64,000 bases of DNA from a virus (Duplodnaviria > Caudoviricetes). The stretch covers positions 32,001 through 96,000 of IMG/VR virus record IMGVR_UViG_3300032321_002024. One strand, 5' to 3'. Made by a program: the position numbers and the translations under genes. Positions 20,040-30,585 of the stretch are shown in pieces. The notes beneath the pieces are model-generated. The model had not been told where the DNA came from, did not search any database, and worked only from the letters and a program-made list of their open reading frames with translations. Numbering within the stretch: the first letter of the stretch is position 1; each line of letters opens with the position of its first letter.

Positions 20040-20211
20040 AAATAACTCTCTCTATCAGATCAAAATTAGATTTCCCAAACTCTAAAACACAGTTAGAAAA
20101 AATATCTTCCTCTGATGAAAGTCCTTGTTCAAATAGTGATGTGATAAAGATTTTAACATCGTCTACTGTTGTGTAGATTCCGAACTCATCGTATTGTGGA
20201 ATAACTTGCAT
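20026..20211 (-). CDS. Small hypothetical protein
   Basis: 61-aa ORF behind TAATATATA motif. Confidence 0.55.
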   Translation of the reverse strand: MQVIPQYDEFGIYTTVDDVKIFITSLFEQGLSSEEDIFSNCVLEFGKSNFDLIERVIYGED

Positions 20212-20319
20212 AAAGAAAACTGATTTTTTCTTATATATTAATCATTTTCTGTAAAAAACCTTATTTTTTAAACTAAAATAGAAATATTGATATAAATTTT
20301 ACAAAAAAATATCTTTTTA

Positions 20320-21987
20320 ATGTCGTTAAAAAATGATCTCTCAAAATACAAACCTCGTAAAGAACAAAAAGAGGCTTTAGATTTTATCGATTCTGAATAT
20401 CAGAAGAATAAATTAACAAAATTTTTCTTACTTAATTTACCAGTCGGTTCTGGTAAAAGTCACTTAGCACTTATGATCGCTGATTGGTATCGTAAAAATG
20501 TAACAAAAATGTCTAGAGTTGACATTATTACAAATTCTAAAATTTTACAAGACCAATACGCTGATACTTATGAGTCAATTGCTGATTTAAAAGGTAAAGA
20601 AAATTATGAATGTGAATCATATTCTTGTTCTTGTGCTCAGGGTGGTGAATTCAATAGATTAAATAAGACTTCTTGTGAGAGTTGTCCTTATTCATTTGCT
20701 CGAGAAAATTATATCTCTGGTGGAATATCACTTACAAATTTTTACCTTTATATCCTTTATGCTATCTATAATCCAAAATTAATGGAAAATAGAGGAGCTA
20801 GAGTTTTAATCGTTGATGAAGCTCATGATTTTGATGATGTTATGTCAGATTTTATCTCAATTAAAATAACAGATAATGTTGTTAAGAAATTTAAATTCTC
20901 AAATGAATATGATATTTTAAAAAAATTGAAAAGTGTTAATTCAATTTCAGATTATGTTGAGTTCTTAAGATACCTGAATAGTGAAATTATCACAACTACT
21001 GAAGATATGGAAAGAGGTATGTCATCTGCTCCAAGAAATATAAAGTCAGATAAAAGAGATTTAAAAATATCTAAAGTTCTTAAAACAAAAAACACTGATG
21101 TTAAAGTTATGAACTTAGTTACTGATTTGAAACAGTATCAATTAAAAATTGATGTATTTTTGAAAGAATATAAAGACAATCCTAATAACTGGGTATTGGA
21201 GTCTAGTTGGAATGAGAAGATGAAAAGTAAAGAGTTATCACTTGAGCCTATCTGGGCTTATGATTACTTAGATAAATATATCTTTTCAAATTATGATATG
21301 GTGTTTTTAATGTCTGGAACTATTTTAGATAAAAATCTTTTCTGTCAATTGAATGGACTTGATGTGACAAAGGCATCATATTATTCAATAGCTTCTCCTT
21401 TTCCTTTAAAAAATAGACCTATTTATTATATGCCAATTGGGAAAATGTCATTTAAATCTAAAGAAGATACTTTTAAAAGATATGTTCCTTACATACAAAA
21501 GTTATTAGATAAATATAAAAAGAAAAAGGGTATCATACACACTAACTCTTTTGAATTAGCAAAATGGATAGAAGACTCGATAAAAGACCCAAGATTGGTT
21601 TTTCACGATTCTTCTAATAAAGATGAGGTATTAAGAATGCATATGGAATCAGAAGAACCTACAGTTATTGTAAGTCCTTCTATGGATACTGGTGTTAGTT
21701 TTGATAATGATAGTGCTAGATTTCAAATCATTGCAAAGGTTCCTTATCCTTCATTAGCTTCTCAGAAAAATAAAATGAGACAAATGAATAATCCTGATTG
21801 GTATTCTTGGAAAACAGTTTCTGGTTTAATTCAAATGACTGGAAGGCCTGTTCGTTCAGATAAAGACTATGCTGATACAATTATTATTGATGGTGGATTT
21901 GGTGATGTTATAAAACACTCTTCTCAATTCTTACCTGATTGGATTCAGGAAGCTATTAAGAAAGTAAATGTAAAAGTAGGAGCATAA
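20320..21987 (+). CDS. DinG/YoaA-like SF2 helicase (Fe-S)
   Basis: PVGSGKS, Cys cluster, DEAH, MSGT, KVPYP, QMTGRPVRS. Confidence 0.9.
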   Translation: MSLKNDLSKYKPRKEQKEALDFIDSEYQKNKLTKFFLLNLPVGSGKSHLALMIADWYRKNVTKMSRVDIITNSKILQDQYADTYESIADLKGKENYECESYSCSCAQGGEFNRLNKTSCESCPYSFARENYISGGISLTNFYLYILYAIYNPKLMENRGARVLIVDEAHDFDDVMSDFISIKITDNVVKKFKFSNEYDILKKLKSVNSISDYVEFLRYLNSEIITTTEDMERGMSSAPRNIKSDKRDLKISKVLKTKNTDVKVMNLVTDLKQYQLKIDVFLKEYKDNPNNWVLESSWNEKMKSKELSLEPIWAYDYLDKYIFSNYDMVFLMSGTILDKNLFCQLNGLDVTKASYYSIASPFPLKNRPIYYMPIGKMSFKSKEDTFKRYVPYIQKLLDKYKKKKGIIHTNSFELAKWIEDSIKDPRLVFHDSSNKDEVLRMHMESEEPTVIVSPSMDTGVSFDNDSARFQIIAKVPYPSLASQKNKMRQMNNPDWYSWKTVSGLIQMTGRPVRSDKDYADTIIIDGGFGDVIKHSSQFLPDWIQEAIKKVNVKVGA

Positions 21988-22014
21988 AAAAACCCACCAA
22001 CTTGGTGGGTTTTT
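21986..22014. terminator. Bidirectional intrinsic terminator
   Basis: AAAAAACCCACCAA-C-TTGGTGGGTTTTT between convergent genes. Confidence 0.8.
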
Positions 22015-22028
22015 ATTTTATGTTAAGA

Positions 22029-22556
22029 TTATTTCTTTTTATTCTTTGCTTCAATTGCTTTTCTAAGACCCTCTGGAAGTTTCTTTTGTGCGGCAGTTAA
22101 ACCTTTACCGCCTTTTTCTTCCTCTTTTTTATCTTCACCTTTTTTATCTTCTTCTTTTTTACCCTTTTTATTTTCTATTGCCGCAGCAATAAAGTCACCT
22201 TTTGTAATTTTATCTTTTGGTGGATATTTAGCTGCAAGTTCTTTTTCTTTTTCATTTTTAGGAGTTTTACCTTTTGCGTTCTTTTTAGCTTCAAACTGTT
22301 TGAATGAAACAACTCTTTCTACATAGATATTCTCATCACCCCAAGTTTTTGTAGGTTCTTCTGAAGGATCTTCATCTTCATCTTCACAAGGTGCACAATA
22401 TTCATCACCTTCCTCATCTCTTTCTTCTTCTGAGTAAATATCTCCAGTTTCGTCTCCAGTAGGTTCATTTAGTTCTAATGGTGTGATTTCTTCTTCTTCT
22501 GGTGTTGAAAATCTATGACCTAAATCATATTCTTCAAATTTTCTAAGGTGTTTCAT
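22029..22556 (-). CDS. Putative internal/core protein, acidic N-half and Lys-rich C-half
   Basis: MKHLRKFEEY; second motif VVSFKQFE; KGLTAAQKKLP. Confidence 0.6.
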   Translation of the reverse strand: MKHLRKFEEYDLGHRFSTPEEEEITPLELNEPTGDETGDIYSEEERDEEGDEYCAPCEDEDEDPSEEPTKTWGDENIYVERVVSFKQFEAKKNAKGKTPKNEKEKELAAKYPPKDKITKGDFIAAAIENKKGKKEEDKKGEDKKEEEKGGKGLTAAQKKLPEGLRKAIEAKNKKK

Positions 22557-22623
22557 ATAAGGGTTTATTTTTAAGTATATATTATATTTTGATTTTCATT
22601 TTTCAACTTTTTATATATAGTTT

Positions 22624-23640
22624 ATGAGATTATTCAGATATTTTGAATTTATTTTGGAAGCAAAAGAAGAAGCGTTATTACCAACGTTTTTTAGTAAAGA
22701 ATTCACAAATAAAGTTCAAAAGATTGATTCACCTATTTCTATTGAATTTGAGAGAATGACCGCTTATGGTCATAGTCAATACAAGCCTTTGAGCAAATGG
22801 ACTTTTATTTCTGTTTCTGATTCAAATGATAAAATAGTCTATACCGACTCTAGTAAAGTAAAGACATATATTTCAGTAAACTATCAAATTGAGGATAATG
22901 ATGAAATTATCAATTTTGTAAAAAAATTACCTTTTCCATCATATGATAATAATTTATTACAATTTGCAAGAACTGAAATGAATGTTGGAAGATTTATTAG
23001 AGCTTTTTTTGGTTCTAAATTTTCCGATGTTGAGATAGAAAAATTTGTTAATCAATGGAAGTCACTTGATGAAACTTCAACTTTTGAAGTATGGTCAGGT
23101 AGTGATATTGTAAAAGGGTATTCTTCTAGATTGTATCATTTCAATGATTATGATAATGGCATGAACCCACTAATGAATTCTTGTATGAATGATATGACTT
23201 GTGTTCAGTTTTATAAATATTGTCCTGATGTAAAGTTATTAGTTCTTTTAGATAAAGAAAGTGCAATTTTAGGAAGAGCTCTTCTTTGGAAAGATAAAGA
23301 CGGTAGAAATATTATGGATAGAGTTTACTTTGTTTATGATAAGGATTATTATAAATTTATTAGATGGGCTAATGAAAATGATTTTTATTACAAAAAGTCA
23401 AATAGTGGACTTACTAAATTTATAAAATCAGGTAAAGAAGAAATTATACTAACTGGTGTTAAAATATTAAATGCTTTTGATTTTCCAGATGAAGAGTATC
23501 CTTATATGGACACTTTTAGTTATGTATACAAAGATATGGCTTATAATTATGAACCTAAGGGTAATTATTGGAGACTAATGAATACCGATGGAACCTATGA
23601 TGTTTATGATTATGACGATTGGGAAACTAAAGAAGATTGA
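22624..23640 (+). CDS. Hypothetical protein with N-terminal signal
   Basis: MRLFRYFEFILE; NSCM, GRALLW, MDRVY, YPYMDTF motifs. Confidence 0.65.
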   Translation: MRLFRYFEFILEAKEEALLPTFFSKEFTNKVQKIDSPISIEFERMTAYGHSQYKPLSKWTFISVSDSNDKIVYTDSSKVKTYISVNYQIEDNDEIINFVKKLPFPSYDNNLLQFARTEMNVGRFIRAFFGSKFSDVEIEKFVNQWKSLDETSTFEVWSGSDIVKGYSSRLYHFNDYDNGMNPLMNSCMNDMTCVQFYKYCPDVKLLVLLDKESAILGRALLWKDKDGRNIMDRVYFVYDKDYYKFIRWANENDFYYKKSNSGLTKFIKSGKEEIILTGVKILNAFDFPDEEYPYMDTFSYVYKDMAYNYEPKGNYWRLMNTDGTYDVYDYDDWETKED

Positions 23641-23664
23641 TTTCAATTTTTAATATATAGACTT

Positions 23665-24639
23665 ATGAAAATTAAAAGATTTGGAGACTTTTATAAACAG
23701 GAATCAATTATAGATGATTTCTTATCATCACTTAACGAGTCAAGTGGTGGTGATGTTAATGAAATTTTAAAAAGATTTAAAGAGGAATTTAAAGATGTTA
23801 CTCCTACAAAAACACAATTTGCTGAGTTTTATCACAAATTGAGAAGTGAAGGATTTGACGGAACTGAAATTTTTGATATTTTAGATGATTATATACCTAA
23901 AGATGATGAAGAAAATTCAGATGATTTTGAAGACCAAAAAGAATCTACTTATAAATCTATTGAAAAGAAAGTCATCTCTGACTTAAAGCTTGATTCAAAA
24001 TTGGTTTTAACATTTGGAGCAGGAATCGGAGCACTTTATCCAGTGGTTTTAGAGATGATGCAAAATATGTCGATTAGTGTTGATGTAAGTAAACAAAGTG
24101 TGGTTCTTCTCACAATAGCCGCTATCACAATTACTTATTTAGAAGAAAAGAAATTTAAAACACCTGAAGAAGAAGATATTTTAACTAAAGATTCTAAATC
24201 CATGTTAGAAGAATTGAGAATGCAGGGTATTGGTGATGGAATAGTAAAAAAAGTAATTAAAGCTCTCAATGGTATTAAAAACATCTTTTCTGCGATAGGT
24301 AAACATTTAGGAGCAGCCGTTGGTGGTATTATTGATATGTTTGCTTACACCGCAATTCTTATTCCAGTGATGAATGCTATACTATCTGTAATTGGAATGC
24401 ACGAGATGTCAGTTGATGATGTTATATCAAACTTTTTCTCACTTTCTATGGGTGTGGCCACAAGAATTGCAAAACATGGACTTGTTGAGATTTTAGATAG
24501 ATTAAGAAGATTTATTTCCCCAAGTAGTAAAAGAGAAATATTAGATGATTTAGAAACACCGGTAATACAAAAATTTGGTGATTTTACACACGGTGACACG
24601 GAGTCAGAACAAGAGGGAGATTTAATTAAGGAGCAATAG
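23665..24639 (+). CDS. Putative internal protein with hydrophobic helices
   Basis: MKIKRFGDF...LNES; several hydrophobic segments. Confidence 0.6.
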   Translation: MKIKRFGDFYKQESIIDDFLSSLNESSGGDVNEILKRFKEEFKDVTPTKTQFAEFYHKLRSEGFDGTEIFDILDDYIPKDDEENSDDFEDQKESTYKSIEKKVISDLKLDSKLVLTFGAGIGALYPVVLEMMQNMSISVDVSKQSVVLLTIAAITITYLEEKKFKTPEEEDILTKDSKSMLEELRMQGIGDGIVKKVIKALNGIKNIFSAIGKHLGAAVGGIIDMFAYTAILIPVMNAILSVIGMHEMSVDDVISNFFSLSMGVATRIAKHGLVEILDRLRRFISPSSKREILDDLETPVIQKFGDFTHGDTESEQEGDLIKEQ

Positions 24640-24687
24640 TAAACCATGTCGTTTAAATATCATATAACTTAAAATGATTTTATTTAA

Positions 24688-26019
24688 ATGACTCCGCAAT
24701 TAGAGAAGGTATTTTTCAACTATATACTGGCTTATAAAAAATACTTTGAATTAGTTAAGCCTTTTTTCTTTAGAAATTCCGAAATTCAATTTGTATATGG
24801 TATTATTAGAAGTTATATGTTAACTTCGAGTGATAGTAAAATACCATCACCAAGACAAATTTTAGATATGGTTTCTTTAGAAGATAAAGAAGGAGTTATT
24901 ACTAAAGAAATATTAAAATCCATTCTACAAGTTGATCTCAAAGAATATGACGAAAAAAACTTTATTGAACCTAAGTTCAATGCATGGATTCTTTCCAATC
25001 GGTTAAAAACAGGAACAGTTGATATTATTGATGAGACTAGAAATTTAGATCAAATATCTGATTTTGATAAAGCTGTTGAAGCAGCTGAAAGAATCAAATT
25101 AATTGTGGATGAAATGTCTTCTACAAATTTTGTTCAAGATGACGATTTAGGTTCCGATTTTGATGATCCAGAGAATCACGTTCAAGACTCTTCTAAATTT
25201 AAGATTAAATCTGGATTTGAAACTTTAGATCATATGTTAGGAGGTGGTTGGGATATCCAAACACTAAATTGTATAATGGCTGAGACTAATAATGGTAAGT
25301 CTCTATGGATGCAAAACTTCGCTGTTAAATCAGCAGATTCTGGATATAATGTTCTTTATATCACACTCGAGATGTCTGAAAGAAAAGTAATGAAAAGATT
25401 GGGAGCAATGAGATTAAAAATTCCAATCAATGATTATGATACTGCATCTAAAGATACCGATATGATTAAAAAAAGAATCAAAGCTTTAGGTAGTATAAAA
25501 GAAGGTGGAGATATCTTTGATAAAAAAGTTGGAAAGATTTATAGTAAATTCTGGGCAGCTGGCACCGCTACTATATCTGACTTTGATTATTATTTACAAA
25601 AACTAAAAGATAAAAAAGATATAAAAATAGACTTAATTATCGTTGATTACATCACATTAGTTGCTGCTCCTAAAGGTGTGGGTGCTGATAACCTTTATAC
25701 TAAAGGAAAAGCTTTAGCTGAAGGTCTTAGAGCCTTAGGTGCTAAATATAAATGTCCGGTTATTACTGGAGTTCAAGTTGCAAAAGATGCTTGGAATTCA
25801 TCTGATATTACATTAGAAAGTGTTCCTGAATCAAAGGCAATTGCTGAAACGGCCGATACTTTCTTTGCAATTATTAGAACCGAGGAAATGAAAAGGCAAA
25901 ACCTCTTTCGTTTTAAGTTATTAAAACAAAGAGATGGTGATTTTTTGAAATCACAAATTAGGTTGAACTTAAATTCGACCTATTTAACACTGGAAAATGA
26001 CCAGTTTTTAGATCAATAA
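24688..26019 (+). CDS. Replicative DnaB/gp41-like helicase
   Basis: AETNNGKS Walker A, ITLEM, IIVDY, ESKAIAETAD, KQRDG. Confidence 0.92.
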   Translation: MTPQLEKVFFNYILAYKKYFELVKPFFFRNSEIQFVYGIIRSYMLTSSDSKIPSPRQILDMVSLEDKEGVITKEILKSILQVDLKEYDEKNFIEPKFNAWILSNRLKTGTVDIIDETRNLDQISDFDKAVEAAERIKLIVDEMSSTNFVQDDDLGSDFDDPENHVQDSSKFKIKSGFETLDHMLGGGWDIQTLNCIMAETNNGKSLWMQNFAVKSADSGYNVLYITLEMSERKVMKRLGAMRLKIPINDYDTASKDTDMIKKRIKALGSIKEGGDIFDKKVGKIYSKFWAAGTATISDFDYYLQKLKDKKDIKIDLIIVDYITLVAAPKGVGADNLYTKGKALAEGLRALGAKYKCPVITGVQVAKDAWNSSDITLESVPESKAIAETADTFFAIIRTEEMKRQNLFRFKLLKQRDGDFLKSQIRLNLNSTYLTLENDQFLDQ

Positions 26020-26059
26020 ACAAATTAATATTTGATTATATAAAAATAAAAAAAATTCT

Positions 26060-27013
26060 ATGGCTAAAAAGCGAGTAGATGAAGATGACGACTTCGAAAA
26101 CGATTTTGAAAACGATGATGAACAGGATGTTTATGAAGAAGTTGAGGAAGATACAACTGAAAGTGAATCTGAAATATTAGTTGATGATGATGATTCCGAT
26201 TTAGAATTAGTTATTGAGATAGATGATTCTGATTTAGAATTGGAAGATCCAATTGAACCTGAAAAGGAAGTTGATTCGGAATCCCCTGATGAAATAATTC
26301 TTTCAAAGCATAAAATTGAAGGTAAACACTCATTAAAGTATGATTCTATCTTTAAAGGAAAAAAAGAGGATCCTGTTGATGAGGATACACTTGAAGGATT
26401 TTCAACTTATTTTAAAGAAACTATTGAAGTTGATAAGTCATCGGCTTATCATTCTGAATCAATGGATAATGAGGCTTATGTTCGAGCTAAACTTGTGAAA
26501 GAAAGAGTTTATGATATTTTAAAAGAAAATACTTCAATTAATTTTTTAAATAATAGAAGAAAACCATCTCGTAATGACTTCAATCAATATTATTCACTAT
26601 TAAAATTAAATTTAAAAGACGAAAGTTTTACTAATGTTGAATTATTTAATGAACTAGCAGTTTACTTTTCTGACAATTTATTCAATATGTTTAAATTACT
26701 AGATAACAATTGGAGAAATTTAATAATTAATGAACTACAAGATCATATTGGTAAGAATAAAAATTCAAAAGAGGTGACTAATAGAAATATCTACGAAGGA
26801 ACCGAAATTGAGTTTATTTGGTTTGATGAAATGTTAGAAGAGGATAAATTAATAACAGGTGTGGTTATGGAAACTAACTATGATGACTCAAATTTCAAAG
26901 TCGATTCTTTTGAGAAAATATATTTAGTTGAAATATCTGATGTGACAAAAATTTTAAATAATACTAAATTTAAGTACAACCTAAATAAACTAAACAATAT
27001 AGACTTTTTGTAA
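26060..27013 (+). CDS. Hypothetical protein, very acidic N-terminus
   Basis: 317-aa ORF; ends NNIDFL. Confidence 0.7.
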   Translation: MAKKRVDEDDDFENDFENDDEQDVYEEVEEDTTESESEILVDDDDSDLELVIEIDDSDLELEDPIEPEKEVDSESPDEIILSKHKIEGKHSLKYDSIFKGKKEDPVDEDTLEGFSTYFKETIEVDKSSAYHSESMDNEAYVRAKLVKERVYDILKENTSINFLNNRRKPSRNDFNQYYSLLKLNLKDESFTNVELFNELAVYFSDNLFNMFKLLDNNWRNLIINELQDHIGKNKNSKEVTNRNIYEGTEIEFIWFDEMLEEDKLITGVVMETNYDDSNFKVDSFEKIYLVEISDVTKILNNTKFKYNLNKLNNIDFL

Positions 27014-27141
27014 AAAATAAAAAAAATAAAAAAAAACAATATAAAAATAACGATATAAAAAACCTCTTAAAAATCAAAAAATGAATTTTTGATTTAAAAA
27101 GTGGTTCAATATATAACTAACAAAAAAATTATAAGGCAAAT

Positions 27142-29694
27142 ATGAATATAAAAGTAACGAAAAGAAATGGTAAAAAAGAACCAGTAATGCTGGATAAAAT
27201 TTTAGAAAGAATTAATCAACAAACTTATGGATTAGATCCAAAATGGATTTCACCGTTTGATGTCGCTCAGAAAGTTATTGCTGGTGTGGCTCCTGATATT
27301 AAAACATCTACATTAGATCAATTGGCAATGGAAACAGCTGCTTCCTTAGCCACAAAACATCCGGACTATTCCGTATTAGCGGCAAGATTGGCAATTACAG
27401 CACTTCATAAAGAAACAAAAAAATCTTTTTCTGAAACATCAAAAGATTTATATAATTATATAAATCCAATTACGGGAAAACATTCTCCTATTGTATCAAA
27501 AGAATTTAATAAAATTGTTCAGAAATATGCTGACGAATTAGATTCGGTTATTGTTCACTCAAGAGACCACAATTTTGATTATTTTGGTTTTAAAACTTTA
27601 GAAAAATCTTATCTTCTTAAGATTAATGGAGTTGTTGCTGAAAGACCTCAGTATATGTATATGAGAACTGCAATTCAAGTGTGGGGTGAGAATTTAGAAA
27701 AAGTTATTGAAACTTATAACACACTTTCTGAAGGATATTATACACATGCTACTCCAACTTTATTTAATTCAGGAACAACAAGACCACAATTATCTTCTTG
27801 TTTTTTATTAGATACTGAAAGTGACTCAATTGAAGGTATTTTTAATACACTTAAAGAATCAGCTCAAATCTCTAAAAATGCTGGAGGTATTGGAATCTCT
27901 TTTAATAAAGTAAGAGCTAAAGGAACTTACATCGCTGGAACTAACGGAACATCAAATGGAATTATTCCTTTCTTGAAAATATTTAATGAAACTGCTAGAG
28001 CGGTTGATCAAGGTGGTGGTAAACGCAAAGGTTCAATTGCAATCTATATGGAACCTTGGCATGCGGATATTATGGATTTCTTAGACCTTCGTAAAAACCA
28101 AGGTAAAGATGAAATTAGAGCAAGAGACCTTTTCTTAGCTATCTGGAATAATGACATTTTTATGGAGAGAGTTGACTTAGACGAAGATTGGTCATTAATG
28201 TGTCCACATGAATGTGAAGGTTTAAATGAATCATATGGTGAAGAGTTTAAAACACTTTATTTAAAATATGAATCAGAAGGAAAAGTTAAGAGAACAGTAA
28301 AAGCAAGAGATGTTTGGAATAAAATTTTAGAGTCACAAATCGAAACAGGAACTCCTTATATTCTTTATAAAGATTCTATCAATGAGAAATCAAATCAATC
28401 TAATATTGGTATTGTTAGAAGTTCTAATCTTTGTGCTGAAATTGTCGAAGCAACTGGTGTTACAAAAGTTCAAAAAGAGATTCTTCAAAATAAAGAACTA
28501 CTTGAATCTTTAGGATTAGGTGAGTTTTATGGTGAAGAATCGGTTAATGAAACGGCTGTTTGTAACTTAGCTTCGATTGCTCTTCCTAAGTTTATTAACA
28601 AAAATAAAACTTATAACTTTAATAAATTATATGAAGTTGCTTATACAGCAATCGTCAATTTGAATAATGTTATTGATGTTAATTACTATCCTTCAGAGAC
28701 GGCTAGATTTTCAAACGTATTGCACCGACCAGTTGGATTGGGAGTTCAAGGACTTGCTGATGTTTTCTTTACACTTAATTTACCTTATGATTCAGAAGAA
28801 GCAAAACAACTGAATAAAGAAATTTTTGAAACTATTTATTACGCATCTATTAAATCCTCTTGTGATTTAGCTAAATCTCAAGGAACTTATGCTACTTACA
28901 AAGGTTCTCCTATTTCAGAAGGTAAATTTCAATTTGATTTATGGGGCACTAAACCCACAAAAAGATGGGATTGGGAAAAATTAAGAGAAGATGTTAAAAA
29001 ACATGGTGTTAGAAACTCTTTAACAACTTGTATTATGCCAACTGCTTCTACAGCTTCTATCTTAGGAAATGAGGCTTCTTGTGAAGCTCAAACTTCAAAT
29101 ATGTATACTAGAGGAGTTCTTTCTGGAACATTTATCTTAGTAAACAAATATTTAGTGAAAGAATTAGTTAAGTTAGGACTTTGGGATGATAATTTAAGAA
29201 GAAAAATTATTGCTGAAAATGGATCTGTTCAGAATATTCCACAGATTCCAACAAATATTAAAGAGGTTTTCAAAACAGTTTATGAGATTAAACAAAAAGA
29301 TGTTATTGATATGGCTGCTGAGAGAGGAGCATTTATTGACCAAACTCAATCAATGAATATCTTTATGGATTCTCCTAATTTTGCTAAGTTAACTTCGATG
29401 CACTTTTATGGTTGGGGTAGAAGAAGTTTATTGAAAGATGGTAATGGTCAAATTATTTTACCACAAGATGAAAATTGTGAAGTGGTTTATGATAAAGATG
29501 GTAACCCAAGATTCTATAGAGAAAAGAAAAACAATCTTAAAACTGGTATTTACTACTTAAGAAACAAATCTGCTTCTGATGCTGTTAAATTTACAGTTCA
29601 AGAAGAAAAAGATGTTAAGTCTGTTGAAGAACAAATGGCTGAAATCAGTTGTTCACTTGATAACCCAGATGATTGTTTAGCTTGTGGGGCTTAA
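27142..29694 (+). CDS. nrdA: Ribonucleotide reductase class Ia alpha subunit with ATP cone
   Basis: VTKRNG cone, ATPTLFN, SSCF, SNLCAEI, VCNLAS, MPTAS, C-terminal CLAC. Confidence 0.97.
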   Translation: MNIKVTKRNGKKEPVMLDKILERINQQTYGLDPKWISPFDVAQKVIAGVAPDIKTSTLDQLAMETAASLATKHPDYSVLAARLAITALHKETKKSFSETSKDLYNYINPITGKHSPIVSKEFNKIVQKYADELDSVIVHSRDHNFDYFGFKTLEKSYLLKINGVVAERPQYMYMRTAIQVWGENLEKVIETYNTLSEGYYTHATPTLFNSGTTRPQLSSCFLLDTESDSIEGIFNTLKESAQISKNAGGIGISFNKVRAKGTYIAGTNGTSNGIIPFLKIFNETARAVDQGGGKRKGSIAIYMEPWHADIMDFLDLRKNQGKDEIRARDLFLAIWNNDIFMERVDLDEDWSLMCPHECEGLNESYGEEFKTLYLKYESEGKVKRTVKARDVWNKILESQIETGTPYILYKDSINEKSNQSNIGIVRSSNLCAEIVEATGVTKVQKEILQNKELLESLGLGEFYGEESVNETAVCNLASIALPKFINKNKTYNFNKLYEVAYTAIVNLNNVIDVNYYPSETARFSNVLHRPVGLGVQGLADVFFTLNLPYDSEEAKQLNKEIFETIYYASIKSSCDLAKSQGTYATYKGSPISEGKFQFDLWGTKPTKRWDWEKLREDVKKHGVRNSLTTCIMPTASTASILGNEASCEAQTSNMYTRGVLSGTFILVNKYLVKELVKLGLWDDNLRRKIIAENGSVQNIPQIPTNIKEVFKTVYEIKQKDVIDMAAERGAFIDQTQSMNIFMDSPNFAKLTSMHFYGWGRRSLLKDGNGQIILPQDENCEVVYDKDGNPRFYREKKNNLKTGIYYLRNKSASDAVKFTVQEEKDVKSVEEQMAEISCSLDNPDDCLACGA

Positions 29695-29762
29695 ATATAA
29701 AAGAGAGATTAAAAAATCTCTCTTTTTTTTAATATATACATTATAAAAAATAATAAAATTAT

Positions 29763-30092
29763 ATGAAATATGTAAAAACTTTTGAAAGATTTGCTTTGAA
29801 TGAAAGCCATGATATTGATTTTTCAAGACTTTGTTCTGAAGAACCAGATATGTTTCGTCTTGATTTAAGTGATGAAGGAATTGAACTTACTCGAGATCAA
29901 GAAGCTTTAGTTTCTGAATTTTCAAAGTTAGAAGAAGAATGTGTGAGAAAATCAACAAGTGGTCAATACTCCAAAGTTGTCGGGACTCCATCGTATAATA
30001 GAAGAATTGAAATACTTAAAGAATTAGGAGTTACTGATACTTCAGAATTTGAAGAAAGGTGGGCGGAGTTTGATAAACACGAAGGATTCTAA
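29763..30092 (+). CDS. Putative virion internal protein
   Basis: MKYVKTFERFALNES; upstream region nearly identical to that of 13729. Confidence 0.65.
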   Translation: MKYVKTFERFALNESHDIDFSRLCSEEPDMFRLDLSDEGIELTRDQEALVSEFSKLEEECVRKSTSGQYSKVVGTPSYNRRIEILKELGVTDTSEFEERWAEFDKHEGF

Positions 30093-30262
30093 TAAAAAAT
30101 ACTTAAAAAGGAGAAAATTAAACTTTCTCCTTTTTTTATGCTATAAAAAATCCACCTTCGAAAAAAACGAAATTTTAAAGGTGGATATATAACATACTTT
30201 TAAGAAAAAAAATTTAAATTTTTAACAACTTTTTTATTTTTGGAACTAAAAGTTAGACTGAA

Positions 30263-30344
30263 AATTACCCAGTAGTGAGTTAGAGAGTTACTTCGATATT
30301 TGGATTATGAAAAAACACTCTTTGACAATTTACTCTGGTCAATT
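30263..30344 (+). ncRNA. Structured RNA 1 upstream of Ro60 (Y-RNA-like candidate)
   Basis: Long bulged stem CCAG-T-AGTGAGT-TAGAGAGT / ACTCTTTG-ACA-ATTTACT-CTGG; TACTTCGATAT after 5' strand. Confidence 0.6.
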
Positions 30345-30357
30345 ATATAGGTTATAA

Positions 30358-30575
30358 GCAAACATAGCGATAGTTTGAGATACTTCGATATACAATTTCA
30401 ATTAAGATCGAAAAGTGTCTAATGGCGACAGCTGAGACTACCAAAAAACCGTAAAAGGTGAGGTGAAAAAGTCCGGATGATTCCACGTAAAGGGTTAAGT
30501 GAGATGGTCACTGCAACTATCGGCAAAGTTTCGGGAGAATTCTTTGTAACGCTCAGGCTAAATTATCTTGTTTGC
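30358..30575 (+). ncRNA. Structured RNA 2 upstream of Ro60 (Y-RNA-like candidate)
   Basis: Ends pair (GCAAACA/TGTTTGC; TAGTTTGAG/CTCAGGCTA); same TACTTCGATAT; GC-enriched interior. Confidence 0.6.
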
Positions 30576-30585
30576 AACATTATAT

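Noticed and set aside
30420-30540. Hammerhead ribozyme in RNA2
   Set aside because: CTGAGAC does not fit the CUGANGA core, and the required stems were not found.
30263-30575. CRISPR mini-array or canonical tRNAs in the gap before Ro60
   Set aside because: Only an 11-nt motif is repeated twice, with no spacer periodicity; no cloverleaf could be drawn around the TTCGA.
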